DNA from: Scenedesmus sp. PABB004
Taxonomy: Eukaryota
Reading direction: 5' to 3'
Assembly (NCBI GenBank): GCA_014905635.1
Contig: JABVCE010000004.1
Location: 868,001-932,000 of the forward strand
DNA: 64,000 bases
Under the pieces are notes generated by a model, which saw nothing but the letters and a program-made list of their open reading frames with translations, was not told the origin of the DNA and searched no databases. Made by a program: the position numbers and the translations under genes. This document shows positions 10,529-23,900 of this stretch, piece after piece. Positions within the stretch are counted from its first letter, which is position 1, and the number at the start of each line of letters is the position of its first letter.

Positions 10529-13500
10529 CGCTCACCAGCTCGGCGAGGCAGACGGCGACCGCGCCGGGCGCGACCTCCATGCCCTGCGCCTTGGCGAGGC
10601 AGAGGCGCGCGATGTCGCCGTCGCACGGCGCCGTCACGGGGCCCTTGGGCTGCCAGACAAAGAGCGACATGTGGATGCTGCGCCCCAGCTCGCGCCGGCA
10701 GCCCGCCGCGAGCTCGTCGCGCGCCGCCACGAGGCAGCGCTTCACCGCGCCGTCGTCGGTGCGCCCCGCGTCCTGGCTCGCGCACAGCCTGGCGAGCGGC
10801 GGCGGCGGCGCGCGGTGAGGCGCCGGGCGGCGGGTGCGGCGGGCGCGGCGGGCGCGGCGGGCGTGTGTCCGCGCTCGACGGCGGCGCGCCGCACCGCGTG
10901 ACGTCGGCCTTGCACGCCTTGCGCAGCGGCGGGTCGAGCCGCCAGTTGGCGTCGCGGCGCTGGAGCTTGCGCATGATGACGCGCTTGCAGGGCGCGCCAA
11001 AGTCGGCGGACGCCATGTTCTCGGCGAGGCACCGGAACACGCGCGCGCCGCCGGGCGCGACGCCGCGGCAGAAGAGCGAGCGCTCGCCGGAGCAGGCCTT
11101 GAGCAGGCCAGGGGTGAGGCTCACGCTCTCAGACTCCTTCTCCTCCAGCCGCATCTCCTCGCGCCTGGCGGCGCGGCGCGCGGCGCGCGGCGGCGGCGGC
11201 GGCGGCGTGGGCATGCGCGCGCGGCGCGGCTGCTGCGCCCCACTGCTTGCAGCGCGCGGCGGCGCGCTGCAAGCAGGGCGGCGCGCACTTGCACGCGGGC
11301 GAGAGCTGCGCCGCGTTGTCGCGCAGGCACGCGTGCACGCGGCCCTGCCCGGGCTCGACCTTGGCGCAGAGCTTGCCGACGTCGGCGCGGCACGCCTCGG
11401 CGAGGGCCATGTCCGTCCTGAAGTCACTGAGCTGCATGCGCTCCAGGTACCCCACCTCGGCCGCGCACGCGGGCGCCTTGAGCGTCTCCTTGTGCTCGCT
11501 CAGGCACGCCAGCACCTGGCGGAGATGCGCGCGCGCGGCGCGTGGGAGCGCCGTCCGGGGGCGCGCCCCCGCCGCGCCGCGCCGCGCCGCGCAGCGCGCG
11601 CGCCGCAGCGGCGCACCTTGCCGCCGCAGATCTCGCCCTCCGTGAGCTGGCAGGCGTCCTTGCAGGACGCCGCGACGTCGGCCTTGCAGGCCGTGTAGAG
11701 GCGATAGTTCAGGCGGTAGTCCTTGGCGCTCTCGGCCGCGTGCCGCGACACCTCGCTCGCACACGCCTTGCCAAAGCCCGCCTCGTCCTTGGCGTCCTGC
11801 AGGCACCTGCGGGCGGGACGCACGCGGGCAAAGGGTGGGCGGGCGGGCGGCCCACGCGCGGGCTGGGCCCCGGGCGCCGCCGCGCCGCCGCGCAGCCAGC
11901 GGGCGCGCGCCTGATGACGCGCGCGTTGCCGTGGGGGATGTCCTTGCAGAAGCGCTCGATCTCGCCCAGGCAGGCCTGCTTCATGGGGTACTGGAAGTCG
12001 ATGTTCTCGCTGAACCGCACCTCCTCGCTCAGCAGCGTCGCGCGGCACACGGCGCTGAGCTTGTCGCGCTGCGTCTGCAGGCACCGGATCACGCGCGCGT
12101 CGCCCTGCGGGCCGCGGCGCAGGGGGCGCGGCGGGCGGGGCGGGCGCGGCGGACGCGGGGCGTCAGCCAGGCGGCCGGGCGGCGGCGCTGCGGGGCCCGC
12201 CGCCGCCGGCGGCCCACGCGGCGCCACCGCGGCGGCGCACCGGCGGCACGTTGGCGCAGAGCGTGGCGCGGTCCTTGTGGCACGCGTCGGCGAGGGGCAC
12301 GTCGAAGCGGATGTCCTGCGCCGCGAGCTCCACGTACTTGTGCACCTGCGCCCGGCACGCGTCGGTCTTGATCTCCTCGCTGAAGTCCTGCAGGCAGTTG
12401 ATCACTGCGGCGGGCGCGGCGGCGGCGGGGCTCGCGCAGTCAGCGCGCGGCCGCCGCGGCGCCGCGCGCGCCGCCGCGCCGCGCGTGCCACCGCGCCGGA
12501 CGCATGCGCGTCCACGCGCACGCACCCGTGGCGTCGTACGTGTCCATCGAGTCCACGTCGCCGAGGTAGGCGCACATGTCAAAGATGTCGCTCGCGCACG
12601 CGGCCTTGAGCCGGCTGTCGAGCCGGAAGTCGCGCACGCGGCGCTCGATCATGCCGTCAATCTCCTCCCTGTGGGCGCCGAGCGCGGTGGCACGGCGGCA
12701 CAGGGCGCGGCGGCAGCGCGGGGCGGCAGCGCGGGGCGGCAGCGCGGGGCGTCGGCGCCGGGCGTCGAGCGCGCGCGGGCGGCGGGCGGCGGGCGGGCGC
12801 CGGGCGAGCGCCGGCGGCGCGGCAGGGCGGCGCGGGCGCGCCTGCAGCCGCCGCTGAGCTCGGCGCGGTGCTCCTCGAGGCACTGCTTCGCGAGCGCGTG
12901 CCCCGGCGGCACGTCGGCGCAGAACTGCTTCTTGTCGGCGAGGCAGGCCGCAAAGAGGCGCACGCTGAGCCGGATGTCGTCGGCGTCCTCCTCGTACTTG
13001 CGGAACAGCTCCGCCTCGCAGTCCCAGCCCAGCCGCATGCGCTGGTCGCGCTGCGGGGCGCGTGGGCGCGCGCGGCGGCGGCGGCGGCGGCGGCGGCGGC
13101 CGCGTCAGCGCGCGCTGCGCGGCGCGGAGCGGACCGCAGCGCGCCCGGCTGGGCGACGAGCAGCGGGCGTGCGCGCGCGGGCGCACCAGGCAGGCCTGCA
13201 CGCGGCCGCCGCCGTGCTTGACGCCCTTGCAGAGGCTCGCCGCGTCGGCCGCGCACGCCTCCGCGAGCATCGTGTCGGCGCGGAAGTCGTTGGCCGCGTC
13301 GAGCTGCACCTTGAACACCTCGCGCTTGCACGGCGGTGCGAGCCGCTCGCGCGCGTCGCGCAGGCACGCGATCACGCTGCCGTTGCGGCCGCCAGCAAAC
13401 CAGGTGACGTTGCAGAACTTTGCCACGTCCGCGGCGCACGCCATGGCTGCGCGTGCGCGCACGACAGCGCGGCGTGGAGCGGCGTTGGCTGTGCCCGCCG

Positions 13501-14605
13501 CGGCTGGGCGCCGCCGCTGCGAGGCGCCGCCCGCCGCCCGCGCCGCCGGCTGCTGCTGCTGCGCGCGCGGCCGCGCGCGCGGCGCGCGCACCCAGGGGCG
13601 GGTTGGCGCTGATGGCCGAGTCGCGCGCGATTTTGAACTGCATCACCTCCTCCGCGCACTCGTCCGACAGGCCGCCCGCGGCTGCGGCGCGGCGCGGGCC
13701 AGGGCTCGGCGGGCTGCGCGCGCGCCGGCCCGCGCCGCCGCCGCAACGCGCGCTGCCGCGCTCACCGTCCCCGTCGCTCGCGTCCGCCGCCGCCTGCACC
13801 TGCGCGAGGCAGTCGGCGAGCTGGCCCTCGCCCTGCTCCACATCCGCGCAGTCCGCCGCGATGGAGGCCTTGCACGAGCCTGCGCGCGCGGGCGCGCGTG
13901 GGCGAGCGCGTGGGCGCGCGCGGGCCACGGCGGGCGCGCGCGGCGGCGGGCGGCCACGCACCGTCCGGGCTGACGTCGTCGCCGGCCGCGGCCGCCTGCG
14001 CGGGCGGCGCCGCCGCAGCGGCGGGGGCGGCCTGCGGCGCCGCTGCCTCCGCGGGCGCTGCCGCCGACGCCGCGGGCGCTGCCGCCGACTCCACCGACGC
14101 CGCGGGCGCTGCCGCCGACGCCGCCGACGTCGCGGCCGCCGGCTGGCTCTCGGCCGCCGCGGGCGCGCCCGCCGCGGGCGCTGTTTGCGCCGCGGGCGCG
14201 GCCGGCTTCTGCTCAGAAGGCGCGGCCGGCTTCTGCTCAGCCGCCGCGGGCGCTGCTTGCGCCGCGGGCGCCGCCGGCTTCTGCTCAGCGGGCGCTGCCT
14301 GCGCCGGCGCTGCTGCTGCTGCTGCTGCTGCTGGTTCTGCCGCTGCTGCTGCCGGCGCTGCTGCTGCCGTCTTCACAGGTGCTGCCGCTGCTGCCGCTGC
14401 TGCCGCCGCTGGCGCCGGGTCCGGCTTGGGCGCCGCCGCGTCCTGCGCCAGCAGCGGCGCCGCCGCCACCGCCAGCAGGAACGCCAGCAGCAGCGCGCGG
14501 GCGGCGCGAGGCTGCGGTCGGGGGGCAGGGGCGGCGTCAGCGGGCGCGCGCGCGAAGGCGGCGGGCAGCGGCGGCGCGCGCCACTCTGCTGCTCACCCCG
14601 CCCAT
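9860..14605 (-). CDS. GLG1: Golgi apparatus protein 1-like, cysteine-rich GLG1 repeat protein, copy A
   Basis: Micro-exon MGG then a signal peptide (ALLLAFLLAVAAAPLLA) and an Ala/Pro-rich linker. Many C-x-x-D-x-x-x-x-C...V-x-x-CL repeats follow (e.g. ACRADVGKLCAKVEPGQGRVHACL), then a C-terminal TM helix and short tail. Stop at 9860. Confidence 0.85.
10462..10521. repeat. (GGC)n microsatellite in an intron
   Basis: About 20 uninterrupted triplets. Confidence 0.9.
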
Positions 14606-15139
14606 CGCGCGCCGCCGCCGCCGCTGGGGAGGACACGCCTGCGTTGAAGCGCGCCGGGGCGGGGTGAGGCGGGCATGCGCGGCCCCATGTGCCGCGGCCC
14701 CGCGCGGGCCAAACTGCTCGCTGCCGCGCAGCGCCGCAGGCCGCGGAGCTCCCCGCGGCTGCGAGCTCAGACACCAACAGCGACGACGCGCACCCGAGCT
14801 GAGCGCCGGCGCGCCGCTGCGCGCGCTCCCGCGCCCTGGGCGTCTGGCGCTGCTGCCGCGCCTCGCCGCTGCTGCCCCGGCCCGCGCGGCGTTGAGGTGC
14901 TACGTCTACGTCCGACGTTGCAGCGTGGGCGCGGCGGTGCGGACGGTGCCGGGCACCCGACCGCCAACCGGCGCGCCGCGCGCCTTTTCGCATCGCGGAG
15001 CAGCGCCCTCTGACCGCTCAGCTCTCGCCCGCGTCGCCCAAAGACGTTGCAAGTGGCGCGGTGCACCGCCGCCGCCGGCCGAGCGCCGGCCGCCGCGCTG
15101 TGCGCCGCGCTGTGCGCCGCGCCGCCGGCCCGCACACTC

Positions 15140-18100
15140 TCAGCGCTCCTCCTTGGCCCACGCGTGCGCCACCGCGGCCACCTTCTTGGCGCCGCCGCCG
15201 CCCTTTGCCCACGCCCCCGCGGGCGCGGTGACCGCCGGCAGGCGCTGCTGCTGGCTCCACGCGTTCTGCGGGTGCGTCTTGCCGCTGGACAGCAGCTCCG
15301 CCACGCTCATCTTGGTCCCCTTCTTGCCCTTGCCCTTGCCGCCCGCGGCCGCGGCCTGGCTGCTGCTCCCGCTGCTGCTGCTGCCGGCGGCGGCCTGGCT
15401 GCTGCTGCCGCCGCCGCCAAGGCCGCTGCCGCTGGCGCCGGCGCCGCCGGGCCCGCCCGCCAGCGAGGGCCAGCTGCTCGCGCCCGCCGGCGGCGGCGGC
15501 GGCGACGGCGACGGCGGCGCGGGCGCGGGCGCCGGGCGCGGCGCCGCGGGGCCGGGGCTGCCGGCCGCGGCGGCGGCGCGCAGCTTGGCGGCGATGGGCG
15601 CTGCTGCGCCGCCGCCGCCGCCGCGCCGCCGCCGCCGCCGCGCGCCGCCGCCGCCCGCCGGCGGCGCCGCGGCGGCGCCGCCCCACTGCGACGGCCGCGC
15701 CGCAGCGGCGGCGCCGCCGCCGGCGGCGGCCGCGGGCGCGGGCGCGGCGGACGCGCCGCCCGCGGGGCGCGGCGCGGAGCAGACCTCGCACGCGCGGCTG
15801 CTTGGCGCGTTGACGAGCGTGCAGCGCTCGCAGCCCCAGCTGCCCTTGACCTCCACCTCGGCGAGCGCCGCGATGGCGGCCTCTGGCGGCACCCAGCCGC
15901 GCCCGCCGGGCGCCGCGTCGAGGGCCGCGTGCTCGCGCTCCAGGTAGGTCCGGTGCGCGCCCAGCAGCGCGGCGCGGCGCTCCGCGTCGGGGCACAGCGC
16001 CGCCAGCTGCGGGACCAGCGCCAGCAGGCCGAGCTGCACCACGCGCTTGTGGTACGCGCCTGCGGGCAGCGCGGCGGCGGGGCGTCGGCGGCGGCGGCGG
16101 CGGCTGGCGCCCCCGCCGCGCGCGTGCCCCTCCGCCGCCCCGCCCGCGCGCGCCCCCGCGCGGCCGCACCCGCGCTCACGCCGCCCTGCATGTACGCGCC
16201 GGACTGCTCCCGGAACGTCGCAAACTCGCGCTCGCTCAGCTGCGCCCTGCAGCGCTCGATGAGCGCCCGGTTGGCGGCCTTCAGCTCCTCGCTCACGCCG
16301 CCCGCGGCCGACACCGCGGCCGCAACCGACGCCGCGGCGGGCGCCGCGCCGCCGGCGCCGGCGCCGCCGCCGGCCGCACCCGCGCTGCCGGGCCGGGACC
16401 GCGCGCCGCCGCCGCCGCCGCCGCCGCGCGCCGGCGCCGCCGCAGCAAGCGAGGGGAACTCGGCGGGGCTGGGCGCAGCGGCGGCGGCGGCGCTCGGGGC
16501 CGGCCGGCCGGAGGAGCCCGGCCGCGGCGCCTTGCGGCGCACGGGCACCCACGCGGGGTGGGCCTGCGCCGCGGGCGCGCCGCCCGCCAGGGCCGGGAAG
16601 TCGTCGACGGCTGCCACGCCGCCGTCGTCGTCCTCCGCCTCCGCCTCCGCCGCGGCCGCGGCGCCGACGAGGTTGCCGGTCGAGCTGCTGTGCCGCACGA
16701 GGCCGGCCGCGCCTGCGCCGGGCGCGCCGGCGGCGCTGCTGCTGCTGCCCGCGGCGCCGGGCGGCGCGGGCGTCGCGCGGTTCACGACCCGGATCGGCGC
16801 GCCGGCCGCGGCGAGGCGGCCCACGAGCGAGGCCGCGGTGCTGCGCTCGCGCGCCTTGCGCCGCTGGTTGCGCGACATGCTGGGCAGCGCCGGAAAGTCC
16901 TCCTGCCGCAGCGCGGCGCCCGAGGGGCCTGCGGGGAGCGGGCGGCGTCGGCAACGGTCGCGCGCGGCGGCCCCCGCTGCAGCCACGGCGGCGCGGCGCG
17001 GCGCGCGCGCCCCACCTGCGCCGCCGCCGGCGCCGACCCAGGTGCCCAGCGGCACACCGCCGGCCGCGCCCTGCCCGCTGACGCTGGGGAAGTCGTCGGC
17101 CGTGAACGTGACGCTGCTCGGCCCGGCGCCGGGCTGCTCGCCCCCGCCGCCCGCGCGCGCCGCGCCCTCGGCCTGCCCGCTCTCCAGGCTCGCCTGCAGC
17201 GCCGCGGCCATGGCGCCGTCGGAGCGGCTGTGCCGCATGCCGCCGCCGCCGTCCCGGCCGCCGCCGCCGCCGCGGCGCGGCAGGTTGGAGCCGCCGCCGA
17301 TCACGACGCCAGGGCGCGTGTGGTGCGCCGCGGCCGCGGCCTCCGCCTCGCGGTTGTAATTGAGCTGGATGTTGATGCTCATCGCCTGGGGGGCGCGGCG
17401 GGCGCGCGGCGCGGGCGCCCCGGGTCGTCGGCTGCGCGGCAGTCGCGCGCTGGGCGCGCGGCGGCGCGGCGCCGCCGCCGGCGCGCGGGGCGCGCCTGGC
17501 GGCGCTGCGCGCGCGACATGTTGGCGTCGCTGCCGTGCTCGGCCGCAAAGTGGCGCTTCAGCTCCGCCTCCTCCGCAAAGACGACAAACTTGCGCTCGAG
17601 GCACGCCGGGTGGGGGCAGGGGTGGTGCTGGCCCGTGAAGTGCTCTGCGCACGGCGCGGCGGCGGCGGTGGCGGGCTCGCCGGCGGCCGCCGCACCTCCC
17701 CTCCCCGCCGCGGACTCGGTCGCCCGCGCCCGCCCCCCGCCGCCGGCGCCGCCGCCGCGCTCGCGCTCGCGCTCGCGCCGCGGCCGCCGGGGTGCCGCCG
17801 CGCCGCCGCGCACCCTCGAGCTCTGCGTAGTCCTTGAAGTAGACGTACTTGTTGGGGTTGGCCTTGCGGCAGAGGAAGCAGTGCTCGTGCCGGCCCTCCA
17901 TGTGCTTGTAGAGCTCGTCGCCGTCGTAGAAGCGTGTGCGGCAGAAGCGGCAGAGCGGGTGGCCCTTGAACCCGCTCTCCGCCATCGGCCCCGCGTCGTC
18001 GCCCGTGCGCATGTGGCGCTCGAGGTCGGGCCGGCTGTACAGCACCTGCTCGCTGATGAAGACCTGGCGCGGCGCGGCGGGGAGCGGCGCGGCGAGGCGG

Positions 18101-18583
18101 CGTCGGGCGCGCGGGCGGCGGCCGCGCGCGGGGCCGAGCGCGGCCGCGCGGCGGGGCAGGCGCCGGCGCCGCGGCGCCGGCCGGGGGGCGCGGCGGGGCA
18201 CCTTGCGGCCCTTCACGCAGAGGTCACAGAAATGGAGCTTGTGCGCGTCGCCGAGCTTGCGCTTGAGCGCGGCCATGCTGCCAAACGTCGCGCCCGGCAG
18301 CATGGGGTGCGTGTAGCTGCACAGCGCCCTGCGCGCGCGCCGCGGTGGCGGCAGCGGCGGCGGGCAGCCGCGGCGGCGGGCGGCCGCGGCGGCGTCGGCG
18401 CCCCGTGCTATGCGCGGCCGCGGGCTGCGCACGCCGCGCCCTGGCCGCGCGCAGCAGCCGCGCACTTGACGGCCTTGAAGTGCTCCTGGTCGTCAAAGTA
18501 GCCGTTGACCTCGGGCAGCTCGTACAACTCGCCCGCGCGCGCGCGCGACTGCGCGGCGCGGCGCGCGGCACGCGGCGCGGTCG

Positions 18584-18633
<50 letters not shown>

Positions 18634-18873
18634 TGCGGCCGCGGGCCGCACCGGGAGCTCCGCGAACTGGTCGGGCGCGAGCGCCTGCGTGTAGTCGCCC
18701 ATGTAGCGCGTGAAGAAGACGGTGGGGTTCTCCTGCTTGCAGATCATGCACTTGCTCTCTTCGAGCAGGAAGCGCAGCCGCGCGACGCAGCGGCTGCACG
18801 CCTCCTTGTGCCCGCATGGCCCCACGCCCGTCCAGTCCAGAGAGTCCGCGCACACCAGGCACAGGTCCTCCAT
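15140..18873 (-). CDS. HEL2: RING/C2H2 E3 ubiquitin ligase of the HEL2/ZNF598 family (ribosome quality control)
   Basis: N-terminal RING ([35 protein letters not shown]), then [27 protein letters not shown]...HEHCFLC and [17 protein letters not shown]. Low-complexity tail with FPxL motifs. Confidence 0.9.
18583..18633. repeat. (CCG)n microsatellite in an intron
   Basis: About 16 triplets. Confidence 0.85.
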
Positions 18874-19261
18874 GGCGGCCGCCGCGCGGGCCGCCGCACG
18901 CGCCGGCCGGGGCGGCGCGCCGCTGCTGTTGCTGCCGCCGCTGCCGCCGCCGCTGCCGCGCGCGCTGCTGCGGCGGCTCCTGCGAGGGACGCTGTCAGAG
19001 CGGGGCCTGGGAGACGGGCGCACGCCGCGCCGGCTGTGGGGCGCTGCCGGAGCCGCTGGCAGCAGGCGTCGGCATTGATGTCACAAGCGCCGCACAGAAC
19101 CGCGCGCCTGCGTCAATGCGCGACCTCATCGCGCGCAGCCCGAGCCGCCCGCGCCCCAGCTCGCGTGCGCCCCGCCCCCGATCCACCAGAACACGCGCGC
19201 GCCGCCGCAGGCAGCGCCGCCCGCCCCGCAGCGCCGCGCCCAGGCAAGCGCGCTCCCTGCC

Positions 19262-20483
19262 ATGTCGCTGGCGACGCAGAGGACCGCCGGCTCCACCGCA
19301 CGCACCGCCGCCCTCGCGCCGGCGGGCCCGCGACTGCGCGGCGGCGCGCCGTTTGGCGCTGGCCCGTGCCCGCCCGCGGCGCTGCCGGTGCGCGCGCGCG
19401 TCCGTGCGCGCGCCGCCCCTGGAGCAGCAGCCCGGCGTGGGTTCCCGCCCCACCGCGCGCCCGCGCCGCCCCGCAGGCGCCGCGCCGCGCGGCGCAGCAG
19501 CTCCAGCAGCAGCGGCAGCAGCAGCGCATGGCCACCGCGGCGCGCGCGGCGGCGGTCGACGCGCCCGCGCCGCCGTCGCTGCCGTACCGCGTGGGCCACG
19601 GCTTCGACCTGCACCGCCTGGCGGAGGGCTACAAGCTCGTCATCGGCGGCGTGGAGATCCCGCACACCAAGGGCTGCGAGGCGCACTCCGACGGTGCGCG
19701 GCGGCCGCGCGCGGCGGCGGCCGGGCGCGGCGGCGGCGGGGGCGCAGCAGCGGCGTCGCCCCATGCCCCGCGCGGCGCCGCGCGCAGGCGACGTGCTGCT
19801 GCACACCGTGACCGACGCCATCCTCGGCGCCCTCAGCCTGCCGGACATCGGTGCGGCGCGCCCCGCGGCGCCCTGCACTGCGCGTGCGCCGCGCCGCCTC
19901 CACGCCGCGCTCAGCGCCGCGCCGCCGGCCGCTGCCCCGCAGGGCAGCTGTTCCCGGACAACGACCCGACCTGGAAGGGCGCGGCGTCAGACATCTTCGT
20001 CAAAGAGGCGGTGAGGCGCCACGCCACCGCGCCGCCGGCGACGCCGCAGCCCCGCCGCGCGTGTGAGCTGCTCGGGCGCGAGCGCCGCGCCCGACCGCAC
20101 GCGCGCCGCGCCGCGCGCCGCAGGTCAAGAAGATGCGCGCCGCGGGCTACGTGCTGGGCAACCTCGACGCGACGATCATCGCGCAGAAGCCCAAGCTCTC
20201 GCCCCACAAGGCGCGCGCGGGCCCGCCGCCGCCGCCGTGCGCCGCCGCCGCCGTGCGCCGCCGCGCGGGCGCGCCCGCCGACGCCCCCCCGCCGCCGGGG
20301 CGCGCGCGGCCGCGCGCACGCACGCAGGAGAACATCCGCGCCAACCTGTGCGCGCTGCTCGGCGCGCACCCGAGCGTGATCAACATCAAGGCCAAGACGC
20401 ACGAGAAGGTCGACAGCATCGGCGAGGAGCGCAGCATCGGGTGCCACGCGGTCATCATGCTCATCCGTGAGGACCTCGCCTGA
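19262..20483 (+). CDS. ispF: 2-C-methyl-D-erythritol 2,4-cyclodiphosphate synthase, probably plastid-targeted
   Basis: [63 protein letters not shown] and NIKAKTHEK. Stop at 20481-20483. Confidence 0.96.
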
Positions 20484-20997
20484 GCGCGCTGGCTGCGCGG
20501 CGGCGGCGCGGGCGCAGCACAGGGGCCGTGAGCTGCCCGGTTCGTGGCGCTGGCAACCGCTATGGACCCAATTAAGCGGGGGCGCCGCGCGGCGGCGGTT
20601 GGCGGGGCGCGCGTCAGGGCACGCGGCGGCGGCGCAGCGCACGCCGCGCTCGCTCGGCTGCCCGCTCTGCAGCAGGTTCAGCCCGTGCAGAAGAGGGCCC
20701 AGCCTTCGCCTCGCGCTCGCTCGCGCCAGGGGCGGCAGCGACACGGGGAGCAGCAGCATCGCCGGGCGGCAGTGGTGGGCCGCGAGGCAGCGCGCCGGCA
20801 CGCGCACCGCCCGAGCGTCGGCAAGTCAGCATCGCCCAGCTGCCGGGCTGCCCGTGCTCCGTCGGTTGCGCCCGCGTTTGCCTCGCCGGCGCGCGAGGAC
20901 CGGCGTGGCCGCGGCCAGAGGAGCGCCTGGGCCGGCACAGGCTCCGTTTCGAGGCCGTCCAGGCAGCGCCGCAGCGCGCGCGTGGGCGGGCGGCACG

Positions 20998-23900
20998 ATG
21001 GTGCGCGGGGCGGGCGCTGCGGGCGGCGCGCAGGCGCTGCGCGGGGGTGGCCGGGCCCTCGCGCCGGAGCGCCCGTCGCCGGCCGGGCCTCACGGCGGGC
21101 GCTGCCGACCGCAGGCCGAGCGGCGCGGGCGCCGGGCAGCGCTCGCGGCGCTGCTGCTGCTCTGCCTGGGCGCGGCGGCCGCGCAGCAGCCCGCGGCGGC
21201 CGCGCAGCAGCCCGCGGCGGCGCCCGGGCCGGCACCCGCGGCGCCGGCGCCGGCCAAGGCGGGCAAGAAGAGCCAGATTGTGAGCATTGCGCCGGAGGCG
21301 GACGTCGCGAACGACGTCGACGACATCGACGCCGCCGGCGGTGCGCGCGGAGGCGGCTGCGCAGCGCCGCGGCGCCGCGGCGGCGCCGCGGCGGCGCCGC
21401 GGCGGGTGGCCGGGCCTCGCGCGGGGCAGCGGCCGCGGCAGCGGCAGCGAGCGACGCGCGCGCACGCGCCGCCGCGCCCGCAGGCGCGTGCAAGGCGTTT
21501 CTGACCTCCTCGGCGTGCCGCGACGTCGAGCCGGGCGAGGGCGCGGTCGCGGAGTGCATCAGCGACACGATCAATGCCGCGGAGGCCGGCGACAACCAGG
21601 ACGCGGGTGCGCCGGGCGCCGCGCGCGCGCGCGGGCGGCGGCACCCGGCGCCGCGCCCGCGGCGCCCGTCCCGGCCGGCCCACCGCCGCGCCGCCGCGGC
21701 GCAGAGAGCGTGCCGGAGGAGTGCCAGGAGGAGGTTTATCAGTTCATGATCACGCGCGGCAAGAACATCAACGCCAACATCCCGCTCGGTGGGGCAGCGC
21801 CGCGCGGCAGCAGCGCCCACGGCACCCGCACCGGCGGCGACGTGCGGCGGCGCCCGCGCCGGCGCGCGGCGGCAGCGCCGCGCTGACGCCGCCGCCGTCG
21901 CGCGGACGCGCTCGCGCGCGCCTCTCCCCCGGCGCCGCGCGCGCGCAGCCAAGGCGTGCAAGGACGACGCGCTGAAGCTGTGCAACAACAGCTGGCTCAT
22001 CGGCGCGCCGCAGGACGGCCGCGTTATCAACTGCCTGCGGTGCGGCCGGCCGCCGCCCCGCGCAGCCAGCGTTCGCGGCGCGCGCCGCGCACACGGCGCG
22101 CCCTGACGCACGCACGCCGCGCCGCACGCGCCGCCGCCGCGCGCAGCGACCGCAAGAGCGAGCTGTCCAAGCCGTGCGCGAAGCAGGTGTTCAAGGTGCA
22201 GAAGGCCATCGCGTCTGACTACCGCGCCGACCCGTCCATGGCGCTCGCGTGCAAGCCCGACGTGGAGCGGCTGTGCGGGACGATCAAGTCCGGCAGCGGG
22301 CGCGTCAACTCGTGCCTGGTGCGCGGCGGCCGGTGGCAGCGCGGCCGCGGCGCGGCGGCCGAGGCCCAGCGCGCCGCCCGCGCCGACCGCGCCGACCGTG
22401 CTGCCCGCCCCGTCGCGCAGCGCCAAAACCGGCCGTCGCTGAGCTGGGAGTGCGCGGAGGAGGTGTTCCGGCAGCAGCTTGAGGCGGACGACGACATCCG
22501 GCTCAACGTCCGGCTCTTCCAAAAGTGCCTCGCCGACAAGAAGCGCTTCTGCGCCGACGTGCAGCCCGGCAACGCGGCCGCGCGCGACTGCCTCGTCGAG
22601 CACCGCAACGACCGCGCCTTCACGCCCGCGTGCAGGCGCGCGCCCGCGCCGCACCGCCCGCCCGCCCGCCCGCCCGCCGCCGCGCCCGCCCGCCCGCCGT
22701 GCTGCGCGGCGCGCCCGCGGTCCCGCCCGCCGCCCTCACCGACTCGCCCCGCCCGCGCCGCGCGCGCCCGCGGTGCTCAGGGATGAGCTGGAGGGCATGA
22801 TCGAGGCGCGCGTGCGTGACTTCCGCATCGACAGCCGCCTGCGCCGCGTGTGCGAGGCACCGATCCTGGAGCTGTGCGGCGGCATGGACAGCTACGAGAG
22901 CGACGAGACCGACATGAACATCTGCCTCCAGGCGCGGCGCGGCGCGGCGCTGTGCGGGGCTGTGCGGCGCTGTGCGGGGCTGCGGTGGCGCCCGTGCAGG
23001 TTGGCGCGGATGCCGACCCGCCCGCACCGCCGCCGCCGCCGCCGGGGCTCTGCGCCGCGCGCGCGCGCCTGCAGGACTCTGTGGACCTCATCCCGCCGGG
23101 GCCGTGCAAGGCGATGGTGTACGAGTACCAGAAACTCGCGGCGCAGGACATCCGCTTCGACGTGCCCCTCGCCGACGCGTGCCACGAGGACCGCAAGACC
23201 TTCTGCGCCAACGTGCCGCCGGTGCGCCGCGGCGGCGGCGGCGGCGCGGCGAGTGCGCTGCAGCGGCGCGGTCGCGGCGCGCGCGGCGCGCGCCCGCCAG
23301 GCCGGGCTGAGCCGCCGCGGCCGCCGGGCGCACGCGCGCGCGCAGGGCTCGGCGCGCGTCATCCGCTGCCTGCACAACAACCGCGAGAAGCTGAGCGGGC
23401 TGTGCCGCGCGACGCTGTTTGACGAGGAGGTGCGGTTCAGCGAGAACATCGACTTCCAGTACCCCATGAAGCAGGCCTGCCTGGGCGAGATCGAGCGCTT
23501 CTGCAAGGACATCCCACACGGCAACGCGCGCGTCATCAGGCGCGCGCCCGCTGGCTGCGCGGCTGCGCGCGGCGGCGCCCGGGGCCCGGCCCAGCGCGCG
23601 CGTGGGCCGCCCGCCCGCCCACCCTTTGCCCGCGTGCGTCCCGCCCGCAGGTGCCTGCAGGAGAACAAGGGCGCCAAGGACTTTGGCCGGCCCTGCCTCA
23701 AGGAGGTGGCCGCGTACGAGCAGGGCAGCGCGCAGGACTACCGCCTCAACTTCAGGCTGCGCAAGGCGTGCGACAAGGACATCAGCAAGCTCTGCAAGGA
23801 CGTGTGCAGCCCCAAGCAGGACCAGGTGAGGGACAAGAAGGTGTGTGCGCCGCGCCCCGGCCGCCGGCCGCCGCCCGGCGGCGGGGGCGGCGGCGCGCCG

